A stretch of DNA of 64,000 nucleotides from an uncultured delta proteobacterium (GTDB lineage: Bacteria > Desulfobacterota > Binatia > Binatales > Binataceae): NCBI GenBank assembly GCA_963842085.1, contig CAWJET010000001.1:224001-288000 (forward strand), given 5' to 3'. Both the position numbers and the translations under genes were made by a program. Positions within the stretch are counted from its first letter, which is position 1. The number at the start of each line of letters is the position of its first letter. Below, in pieces: positions 9,895-17,927 of the stretch. The notes beneath the pieces are model-generated. The model did no database searches and was not told the DNA's origin. It was given only the letters and a program-made list of their open reading frames with translations.

Positions 9895-9993
9895 TGTCAT
9901 TCAGAGCAGGGTCCGCCGAGCGAAGAATCCCGGCAGCAGTGCAGAGGCGGGCGTGCATTCCGGGATTCTTCGCCGCAGCGGCTCTGAATGACA
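9895..9993. repeat. REP-like nested palindrome between convergent genes
   Basis: Perfect 13-bp outer IR TGTCATTCAGAGC/GCTCTGAATGACA and perfect 14-bp inner IR GCGAAGAATCCCGG (9920-9933)/CCGGGATTCTTCGC (9960-9973). Confidence 0.8.
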
Positions 9994-10004
9994 AACAGAA
10001 CTGA

Positions 10005-10856
10005 CTAAACGTACAGCGCCGCGATCTTCTTGAGCGTCCCTTCCGCACTCTCGAACGTCAGGTCGCCCAGGCCCGCGACGAACCGGCCCGCTCCTGCTTC
10101 CGCAAACTCTTTCAGCCCGTCCTGTACCTTCGCGCGATCGCCGCGGATACCGCCCATGATCGTGATGTCCAGATCCGCGAAATTCCTGCCGACTGCGGCG
10201 CACTCGCGCTTGAGTTCATCAACCCGCGTCTTCAATTGCGCCGCGTTCAACGCGATCGGACACCATCCGTCTGCCCATTTCGCCACGCGCTTGAGCGCGT
10301 TCTTGTCGAGGCTGCCGATCAACACTGGCGGCCCCGACTTCTGCGCCGGCTTCGGCAACGACTTCACCGGTGGAAATTTGACGTACTTGCCCTCGAACGA
10401 CGATTGGTCCTCGGTCCACAACTTGCGCATCGCGGCGACTATCTCGGCCGTTTCGCTCCATCGACGCGGGAAATCGACGCCGAACAAATCGCTCTCCTCG
10501 CGCAGCCATCCGGCGCCGATCCCGAACAGTACGCGGCCGCCCGAGTATGCGTCCAACGTCGCGAACTGCTTGGCGAGCGCGAGCGGTTCATGCTCAGGCA
10601 CCAGGCAGATTCCAGTGGCGAGTTTCAGCTTCTTGGTGACGGCGGCCGCCATGCTGAGCGTGATCATCTGATCGGCCATCGTGAAGTATGTCGGCGGAAT
10701 CGGACCTCCGGTGGGGAACTGCTGCTTGGGATTCGCGGGCATCGCCGGATGCTCCGGCACCCAGATCGATTCGAAGCCGAGCGATTCCGCGACACGCGCA
10801 AATTCCGCGGGATGAGCATTCCTGCCGGTGAACGGCGTCAGCAATCCAATTTTCAT
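10005..10856 (-). CDS. LLM-class (probably F420-dependent, Rv2161c-like) oxidoreductase
   Basis: AESLGFESIWVPEH, LAKQFATLDAYSGGRVLFGIGAGWLREE and RVAKWADGW. Start moved to the ATG at 10856. Confidence 0.88.
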   Translation of the reverse strand: MKIGLLTPFTGRNAHPAEFARVAESLGFESIWVPEHPAMPANPKQQFPTGGPIPPTYFTMADQMITLSMAAAVTKKLKLATGICLVPEHEPLALAKQFATLDAYSGGRVLFGIGAGWLREESDLFGVDFPRRWSETAEIVAAMRKLWTEDQSSFEGKYVKFPPVKSLPKPAQKSGPPVLIGSLDKNALKRVAKWADGWCPIALNAAQLKTRVDELKRECAAVGRNFADLDITIMGGIRGDRAKVQDGLKEFAEAGAGRFVAGLGDLTFESAEGTLKKIAALYV

Positions 10857-10955
10857 TTTGCCCTCATTAAGGTGCAGGGGCTGCCCCTGCCCAAGGAAGT
10901 GTGAACCCCCACGGCGGGGTCTCACATTCAATTAAGTGATCTACCCTTCCCCCCG

Positions 10956-11432
10956 CTACCACCCGAAAAAATCTTTCGCCGCCACAAACTTCGCGACGCC
11001 TGCTGCTTCGCCCGCGAGCCGGTCGACCTCCTGATCGCCGACCATCGTCGACGATGCCAGATTTACGCCATACAGGTTCGCCAGCTCCGTGATCATTCCA
11101 CCCTTGGGCTTGCGGCATTGGCAATTGTCGTCGTCCGTATGCGGACAGACTTGCCACCCGGTCAGGATATCGCCGAGCTGATGGTCGAGCTGGGCGAGCG
11201 CCGCTTCTACTTTTTCCGCCTTGAGGCGCCCGCGCCCGATCCCTGCCTGGTTGGTCACGACGAACATCAGATGGTTATGCAACGGCCGAAGCTTCTCGGC
11301 CACGCCCGGCAGCAGTTCGATTACGACGTTGCCGTCGGCGTCGAGCGGAAGCTCGCGCGTGTCGTTGAGTTTTACCAGCGTGCCGCCGAGATCGAAGAAC
11401 AGCGCCGCGTTGCCGTTCGGATTGGTCATCAA
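10956..11432 (-). CDS. HAD-IIIA family phosphatase (GmhB/HisB-N-like)
   Basis: FFDLGGTL, VVTNQAGIGRG, Zn site CPH...CQCRKP and MVGDQEVD. Confidence 0.85.
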   Translation of the reverse strand: MMTNPNGNAALFFDLGGTLVKLNDTRELPLDADGNVVIELLPGVAEKLRPLHNHLMFVVTNQAGIGRGRLKAEKVEAALAQLDHQLGDILTGWQVCPHTDDDNCQCRKPKGGMITELANLYGVNLASSTMVGDQEVDRLAGEAAGVAKFVAAKDFFGW

Positions 11433-11446
11433 AAAAAGATTTTCGC

Positions 11447-12811
11447 TTATGCGTGGCGCCAGTCAACGTGGTCGCGAACGTGCGCGAACACTTCGTCCAT
11501 TATCTCGACGCCGGCTTCGGCCTGCGCCTCGGTAATAACCAGCGACGGATTGATTCGAATCTTGGGAAAGTAGCCCATGATCACCAGCCCGCGCTTCAGG
11601 CATTCGGCGAAGATCAGCTCGGTGACTTTCTTGCCGAGCAGTTCCTTGGTCTCGAGATCGCGCACCAGCTCGACGCCTATCAGCAGTCCCTTGCCGCGGA
11701 CGTCGCCAATGAACTCGTATTTTTCCTTGAGCTGCACCAGCCGCGACAGCATCATCGCGCCGACCTTGCGCGAGTTCTCGACCAGATGCTGTCGCTCGAT
11801 CGCACCGATCGTTTCCGCCACGGCGACCGCCGCCAGCGGATTTCCGCCGTAGCTCGACGACGACGCGCTCGGCTTCCCGAACGGCTCCGCCTTGCCCAAC
11901 TCGTCGCTCAGCAGCACGCCCGAAACCGGGAAGCCGGAGCCCATTCCCTTGCCGACCGTGACGATATCGGGGCAGACGCCGCTATGTTCGACGCCCCACC
12001 ATTTTCCGGTCCGCCCGAAGCCGGTGATCATTTCGTCGGCAATCAGAAGCGCGCCGAAATCCTTGGCCACCGACTTGACCGCGGGCATCCAGTCGTCGGG
12101 CGGAATCACGTTGCCCGCCGTACCCTGCATCGGCTCGGCAACGATCGCCGCGAGCGCACCGCTGGAACTCATCTTGATCTGCTGGCGCGCGAAATCGACG
12201 CAGTAAAGCCCGCAGTCGGGATACTTCAACTTGAACGGGCATCGATAACAGTCCGCGTACGGCACTGTGTACTGCCCGGCCTGCAACGGACCGTAGCCTT
12301 GCTTCGATTCGTCGCCGATAAGTCCGAGCACGCCGCCGGTCTTGCCATGGAACCCGCCCCAGAAGCTGACGGCTTCATACTTGCCGGTCGCGGAACGCGC
12401 CAGCCGGAGCGCGGCTTCGACCGCCTCGGCGCCCCCGCTATATAGATGTGCGCGGTTGAGTCCGGCGGGCGCGACTTCGGCCAGCGCCTTGAACGCGGCC
12501 GCGCGCTCCCTGGTCGCGAACGTGCCGACTATAAGCCGCGACGCCTGGTTCGCGAGGGCCTGCGCCAATCCCGGATGCGCATGGCCGAGGCTGGCGACCG
12601 CGACGCCGGCGAAAAAATCGACGTAGGTGTTGCCGTCGGCGTCGGTCAGCGTCGCGCCCTCGCCGTGGTCGAACGCGAGGCCGGCGAGCAGAGAAATTCG
12701 CTGGCGGCCCGGGGCGATATATTTTTGTTCGAGGTCGAAAATCTCCTTCGACCTGGGTCCTGGAACTCGCGTCTTGATGGCCGGAAGCTTTCCGTTGCTG
12801 GAGGTCTTCAA
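11447..12811 (-). CDS. Class-III PLP-dependent aminotransferase (GabT/ArgD fold)
   Basis: SGGAEAVE, GFHGKT, AEPMQGTAG, LIADEMITGFGRTG and PDIVTVGKGMGSG (PLP lysine). Confidence 0.92.
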   Translation of the reverse strand: MKTSSNGKLPAIKTRVPGPRSKEIFDLEQKYIAPGRQRISLLAGLAFDHGEGATLTDADGNTYVDFFAGVAVASLGHAHPGLAQALANQASRLIVGTFATRERAAAFKALAEVAPAGLNRAHLYSGGAEAVEAALRLARSATGKYEAVSFWGGFHGKTGGVLGLIGDESKQGYGPLQAGQYTVPYADCYRCPFKLKYPDCGLYCVDFARQQIKMSSSGALAAIVAEPMQGTAGNVIPPDDWMPAVKSVAKDFGALLIADEMITGFGRTGKWWGVEHSGVCPDIVTVGKGMGSGFPVSGVLLSDELGKAEPFGKPSASSSSYGGNPLAAVAVAETIGAIERQHLVENSRKVGAMMLSRLVQLKEKYEFIGDVRGKGLLIGVELVRDLETKELLGKKVTELIFAECLKRGLVIMGYFPKIRINPSLVITEAQAEAGVEIMDEVFAHVRDHVDWRHA

Positions 12812-13674
12812 TTGATAGGGGTCCGATTCCTTGTTTGAATTTCCGGCGCGATTCTAGCGCGGGCGGCGAGCAGACTCATCGCGCGGTGTGCGATCGCACG
12901 CGCGGCAGATTCGCGCACCCGGCTGTAACTGGGCCAGTCGTTAAAATCGATAATCGCAAAACGATCGCCACTCAAGACCGCGTCTCCGCCCCATGCCTCC
13001 AGGCCGAGCGCCCCGGCTGCCGCGAAAGCCGCCTCCGACAACGCGCGCACAGCGGCTTCGGCGACTTGCTCGTCGTCCGGATGCACGCTGAAATGCGAAC
13101 CGCCGCCGACGCCGTAAAACTTGACCACCCGGCCGACGACTTCCTGCTGCACGTAGGCGAAGCGGATTCGGCGCCGCGCGAAATCGGCGAGAATCGATTC
13201 GACGCCCGCGCGATCGTCCGCCCGCTGCACGTCCTCGGGCGCGAGCGCGTGCAAGTCACCGCGCTTGACGAACACGCCCGCCGACAGATCGAGGCCCGTG
13301 AGCTTGCGCGCGTCGAGCGGCTCGTCCGCCGCGATCAGCACGCCCGGGGGCGTCGGCACGCCGGCCTGCTCGAGGCCGGCGGCGAGCAGGTCGCGGTAGC
13401 AGTTGCGAATCGAGAGCGCGGAGTTAAGCGCGACCGCACCCGCCTGCTCGACTTCGGCCAGCCGCTTGAGCGCCCGCGGTCCCTGGCACATCGGCAGCAC
13501 GAGATCGGCGCGCGGCGGTGCGGCAGCGGCGAAGCTGACCGCGTCGATTGCCTGGATCCCGACACCTTCGCCCTTCAGCTCCGCCAGGGTGGCATCTAGG
13601 ATCGCAGCGTCGGCCTCGACCTTGCCCGGTGAAAAGTCAGGCTCCCGATAAATTCCCAAAGCTCGATAGCTCAT
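12808..13674 (-). CDS. ATP-grasp-fold protein of unknown function
   Basis: LEQAGVPTP, VFVKRGD, YVQQEVVG..VKFYGVG and GLEAWGGD...IIDFNDWPSYS. 4-nt overlaps with both neighbours. Confidence 0.7.
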   Translation of the reverse strand: MSYRALGIYREPDFSPGKVEADAAILDATLAELKGEGVGIQAIDAVSFAAAAPPRADLVLPMCQGPRALKRLAEVEQAGAVALNSALSIRNCYRDLLAAGLEQAGVPTPPGVLIAADEPLDARKLTGLDLSAGVFVKRGDLHALAPEDVQRADDRAGVESILADFARRRIRFAYVQQEVVGRVVKFYGVGGGSHFSVHPDDEQVAEAAVRALSEAAFAAAGALGLEAWGGDAVLSGDRFAIIDFNDWPSYSRVRESAARAIAHRAMSLLAARARIAPEIQTRNRTPIN

Positions 13675-14396
13675 GGCATCTTCCGTATTGCGACGCGCGC
13701 GGCGTCGAGGTCCGACGCTTCATCCACATCGATCGATCCTTCGATCTCGATCGCGTCCAGCCGCATCCCGCGTTCGATGATCATCGCGAGGAAGCGGCGG
13801 AGCGCGTCGAGTCCGGTGCGGCGCGCGTCAGCGGCGTAGTCGAAAACTCTGGACGACAGGAAATAGAGCCCTGCCGTCACCATAGAAGTCTGACGGTTGC
13901 CCAGCCGCAGGATCAACCCATTCTCTGTTACATCGGCGTAAAGCGGCTTGGCCTCGCCGCGCCATCGCGTGACGGCGAGCACACCGGCCAGATTTTTGTC
14001 GCCACAATCCTCGATTTTCCGCCGCGACTCATTAACAAAACGCGCCAATTCCGCCTGCGGAATTACAGCGTCCACCGTCGCCGCGATAAACCATCCCGGC
14101 TGCAGCACCTCGCCAAGCGCCAGCATCGTTTCCATCGAATTGGCGGTGTCGCGAACGACGAGCCTGACCGACGGCGGAACCGCGAGCGCCATTTCGCCCG
14201 CGATACGCGCCGTCTCGGAGTTGATCACCGCGACGACCGAGTCGGCGCCCGCCTCCAGCAGCGCGCGCGCCTGCCGCGAGAGCATCGCCTCGCCGCCGAG
14301 CTTGACGAGCGGCTTGGGAATATCGTCGCGCGTCGAGACGCGCAGCCGGTCGCCGCGGCCGGCGGCAATAATCGCTCCTTGCAATCCCGTCACCAT
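13671..14396 (-). CDS. NTP transferase (sugar/polyol-phosphate nucleotidyltransferase)
   Basis: GAIIAAGRGDRL...PKPLV glycine-rich loop and C-terminal IDVDEASDL. Confidence 0.88.
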   Translation of the reverse strand: MVTGLQGAIIAAGRGDRLRVSTRDDIPKPLVKLGGEAMLSRQARALLEAGADSVVAVINSETARIAGEMALAVPPSVRLVVRDTANSMETMLALGEVLQPGWFIAATVDAVIPQAELARFVNESRRKIEDCGDKNLAGVLAVTRWRGEAKPLYADVTENGLILRLGNRQTSMVTAGLYFLSSRVFDYAADARRTGLDALRRFLAMIIERGMRLDAIEIEGSIDVDEASDLDAARVAIRKMP

Positions 14397-15118
14397 TGGA
14401 TTTGCGCAACCTCGTCGATCGATCGGATCGTGATGTCGGCCACACTCTCATCGTCGGCGTGTTGCGGGCTGGTGCTCAACCAGACCGTGCGCATTCCAAG
14501 TTTGCGCGCGGGTGCGCAATCCTTGGCGAGCGAATCGCCGATCATCGCGATCGATTCGGGCGCACATTGTAATTTTTTCAAAGCGGCTTCGAAGATGCCG
14601 GCCTCGGGTTTGAAAATTCCGACGCGCGAAGAGTCGGTCACCACCGCGAAGAACCGATCCATCTTCGCCTCTTCCAGGACGCGGTCGAGATTTCCGTAGA
14701 AGTTCGAGACGATGCCCAGCTTGAAGCGGCTTCTGAGCGGACCGACGACCTCGCGGCTGTGCGCGAGACCCACCGACGTCTCGCGGACAAAGGAGTTCGT
14801 GACACCCTCGACGAATCGATGGCGTCCGGCGGCGCCGGAATCGTCGAGCATCGCGCGAAGCGGGTCCGGCCCACTTTTCCGCAGGTATTCGAATTGATGG
14901 CCGACGAGGAATCGCGCCAGGTCCGTCATCCCGAAGCGCCCCACAACCCTCGTTGCGCCGTAGCCGATTCGCGTCGCGTGCTCGAAGGCCGGGTCGAGCT
15001 CGGCGCGCGAAATTCCGATGCCGACAGCACGGTAGCCGGCGAGGAACCGATCGAGCCAATGCGCAGGCCCGTCGAGCGTGCCGCCGAAATCGAATAGCAG
15101 AGCGGTGACCGTGGCCAT
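14390..15118 (-). CDS. HAD family hydrolase
   Basis: LLFDFGGTLD, GIVSNFYGNL, KPEAGIF and MIGDSLAKD. Confidence 0.87.
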   Translation of the reverse strand: MATVTALLFDFGGTLDGPAHWLDRFLAGYRAVGIGISRAELDPAFEHATRIGYGATRVVGRFGMTDLARFLVGHQFEYLRKSGPDPLRAMLDDSGAAGRHRFVEGVTNSFVRETSVGLAHSREVVGPLRSRFKLGIVSNFYGNLDRVLEEAKMDRFFAVVTDSSRVGIFKPEAGIFEAALKKLQCAPESIAMIGDSLAKDCAPARKLGMRTVWLSTSPQHADDESVADITIRSIDEVAQIQW

Positions 15119-15363
15119 GAAACGGCCAGTTTACCAGTCGCGGTGAGCAGCCTCTAGTTCAGGCTCGATCAACATGGCTTAATTGAAAGCAGAGCGATCT
15201 CGGAGGCAATGTGCTTCAAAGAACCGATGAAAAACGCTTTATACAACAGCCGAACTCATAATTGAGGGCCGAAGTTAGTAGCAAGGCTACTTCCGCTAGG
15301 GTTACTGCTGTGTTACGGTGACGCGGATCGCAGACGACGGGGAAACCGGGTTTTAATATAAGA

Positions 15364-16551
15364 TTGGTGATCGAAACTGCTCTAATCGCTGCACCCGACC
15401 GCGCCAGCAACGCGGTCTTCGGCCGTCCGCTGTTAGAGCGGCTGATGATTAATTGCGAGCGCGCCGGGATTAAACGCTTTGTCGTCGCGGCGCCGCGCGC
15501 GCAGTATGCAGAAGTCGCGCGCGCGATGGGCCGGTACAAAGATAGCGACACGGTCTCGATGGTAGAATCGTTGGCTGAGATTCTGAACCATCGGAATGCG
15601 CAGGAATTAGGCATCGATCCGTCGTCGCCCTGCGTGTTCTTTTCGGGAAACCTGGTATTTGCAAAGTCGCACCTGGCGCGAATCCTCGACGCCCACGCCT
15701 CCAATCCGAAGTCGGTACACCGGGCAGTCAGCACCGACGGTGACCGGGGCGGCGAAATCGCGACCGGCCCGGTCGGCGAGCTTCTGAAGAGTGGGGGAAT
15801 ATCGAACACGGTGGCGGCGCCTGCCCCGAGCCTGCTGCCGTTCGCGTTGAACGGACGGCCCGAGGATCGCGAGGAAGCGGAACTGCGGCTGGCGAAATCG
15901 GTTCGCGAGGAATCGGCGCACAAGGACGCGCCGATGGCGCGATGGGTAGACCGGCGGATTTCGTGGCGCATCAGCTACTGGCTCGCAGTGCATACGCGCG
16001 TCACGCCGAACATGGTGACGGTCGCCAACACAATGTTAGGGCTGTCGTGCGCGTGGATGTTCTCGGTTCCTAACTACTGGATGCGGCTGTTCACGGCGAT
16101 TTTCTTTTTGATCTCGATAACGATCGATGGCGTCGATGGCGAACTGGCGCGGCTCAAAATGGTCGAGAGCGAGTTCGGCGGCACGCTCGACGTGGTCACC
16201 GACAATATTGTGCACGTGGCGGTGTTCGTCGGACTGCTGGTCGGATGCTACCGCGTCGAGCACAGTCGCGCTTACCTGTACCTGATTCCGATCCTGCTCG
16301 GCGGATTTGCGGCCTGCGCTTACGCCACGTGGCGCGCCTTCAAGGTAAAGGGCAAGCAGGCGGCACAATGGCTGGACAAAATCGATCGATGGAGCGGGCG
16401 CGATTTCGCCTACCTGCTCGTGGTATTGGCCTTAATCAATCGGCTAGAGTACTTCGCCTGGGGAACGGCATTCGGTACTTACGTGTTTGCCCTGGTGCTG
16501 ATATGGATTACCGGCCGGACCGCATCGTCAATGACGCCTGAGAGCCTGTAG
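15364..16551 (+). CDS. CDP-alcohol phosphotransferase with N-terminal nucleotidyltransferase-like domain
   Basis: TPNMVT and the signature IDGVDGELAR...GGTLDVVTD in a multi-TM C-terminal half. The N-terminus (FGRPLLERLMINCERAGI) resembles NTP transferases. Confidence 0.88.
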   Translation: MVIETALIAAPDRASNAVFGRPLLERLMINCERAGIKRFVVAAPRAQYAEVARAMGRYKDSDTVSMVESLAEILNHRNAQELGIDPSSPCVFFSGNLVFAKSHLARILDAHASNPKSVHRAVSTDGDRGGEIATGPVGELLKSGGISNTVAAPAPSLLPFALNGRPEDREEAELRLAKSVREESAHKDAPMARWVDRRISWRISYWLAVHTRVTPNMVTVANTMLGLSCAWMFSVPNYWMRLFTAIFFLISITIDGVDGELARLKMVESEFGGTLDVVTDNIVHVAVFVGLLVGCYRVEHSRAYLYLIPILLGGFAACAYATWRAFKVKGKQAAQWLDKIDRWSGRDFAYLLVVLALINRLEYFAWGTAFGTYVFALVLIWITGRTASSMTPESL

Positions 16552-16583
16552 GAAGGAACCGCGGCCTTGCAGGCGGAGGAAGT

Positions 16584-17915
16584 ATGAACGGCAAGAAGCC
16601 CCGAATTCTGTTGGTGCAACCGACGACCGTCCATCTCGACGGCACCCCGCACAAGACGCGCTGGCGGCTGATCATGGGGCTGATGATTCCGCTGATGGCG
16701 GGACTGACGCCTGACGAATACGACGTGACGCTGTGCGACGAGCGCCTCGAGGACATCAACTTCGACGGCGGATGGGACCTGGTCGGCATGACCACGACCA
16801 TCGGCGCGTCGCTGCGCGCGTACCAGCTCGGCGACGAGTTCCGTAAACGCGGGATCCCGGTCGTGTTCGGCGGATTCCATGCGACGCTGCAGACCGAAGA
16901 GGCGCTGCATCATTGCGACGCGGTCGTGCAAGGCGAGGCCGACCTGGTGTGGCCCGAACTGCTGCAGGACTGGCGCGACGGCAAGCTCAAGCACATTTAC
17001 AAGGCCGACAAGCTGCACGACCTGAAGAACCTGCCACGCCCGCGCCACGAGCTGCTCAAGCTCAATCGCTACCTGTTCAAAGCGGTGCCGGTGCAGGCGA
17101 GCCGCGGATGCCCCTATCGATGTTCGTTCTGCGAGATTCCTGTGTTCTACGAGGGCGCCTATCGGACGCGGCCGATCGAGGACATCGTCGAGGAGATCAA
17201 GCAGGTCATGAAGGTGACCGGCTTCAAGCGCTTTCAGTTCATCGACGATCAGATCACCGGCAAGCACAAGTTCGCGCGCGAGTTGTTCAAGGCGCTCGAA
17301 CCGCTCAACATCCGCTTCTCGTGCCTGTGGACGATCAACTCGAATCACGACGATGATTTGCTCGAGCTTGCGGCCAAGGCGGGCATCTTCCACGTCAACA
17401 TCGGAGTGGAATCGATCAGCCAGGAAAGCCTGCTGTCGATGAACAAGATTCAGAATCACGCCGGGCAGTACAAGAAGCTGCTCAAGAAGCTCGAAAAATA
17501 CGGGATCTACTACTCGCTCAACTTCCTGTTCGGGCTGGAAGAGGATCATCCGGGAATTTTCGACGACACACTGAAGTTCCTGCATGAGGTCAAGGCGCCC
17601 GAGGCCTTCTTCAACACGGTGACGCCGCGCGTCGGCACGCCGATGCGCACGCAGCTCGAGAACGAGGGCCGCGTGATAATCCCCGACGCCGACCTCTACA
17701 CCAACAACTTCCGTTGCATGTTCGTGCCCAAGAACATGTCGCCGCAGGAAGTCGAGGAAGGCGTGTGGCGCTGCACCAAGGAGTTCTACTCGCTCAAGTC
17801 GATGTTCAAGCGGCTGCTGATGCCGCCGGGAAAGTTCACCTGGCAAGGACTGACTGAGAACATGCTCTTCTACTGGGGCGCGAAGCGGCAAATCGATCCG
17901 GTTGATTACTATTAG
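16584..17915 (+). CDS. B12-binding radical SAM enzyme
   Basis: N-terminal cobalamin domain (DLVGMT...PVVFGGFHAT), SRGCPYRCSFC, FIDDQ, GVES and TPRVGT; GGAGG RBS. Confidence 0.92.
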   Translation: MNGKKPRILLVQPTTVHLDGTPHKTRWRLIMGLMIPLMAGLTPDEYDVTLCDERLEDINFDGGWDLVGMTTTIGASLRAYQLGDEFRKRGIPVVFGGFHATLQTEEALHHCDAVVQGEADLVWPELLQDWRDGKLKHIYKADKLHDLKNLPRPRHELLKLNRYLFKAVPVQASRGCPYRCSFCEIPVFYEGAYRTRPIEDIVEEIKQVMKVTGFKRFQFIDDQITGKHKFARELFKALEPLNIRFSCLWTINSNHDDDLLELAAKAGIFHVNIGVESISQESLLSMNKIQNHAGQYKKLLKKLEKYGIYYSLNFLFGLEEDHPGIFDDTLKFLHEVKAPEAFFNTVTPRVGTPMRTQLENEGRVIIPDADLYTNNFRCMFVPKNMSPQEVEEGVWRCTKEFYSLKSMFKRLLMPPGKFTWQGLTENMLFYWGAKRQIDPVDYY

Positions 17916-17927
17916 GCCAGCCCGGAT

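Noticed and set aside
11447-12811. Naming the aminotransferase gabT or hpnO
   Set aside because: Class-III motifs do not resolve the substrate, and the context is ambiguous.
16479-17891. Long antisense ORFs (also 52402-54081, 54296-55639, 56633-58381, 59798-61705, 35814-37061, 18973-20280)
   Set aside because: Shadow frames of well-supported genes in high-GC DNA, with no motifs of their own.
16584-17915. Naming the B12 radical SAM enzyme hpnP, hpnR or hpnJ
   Set aside because: Only generic family motifs are visible, and proximity alone is not enough.
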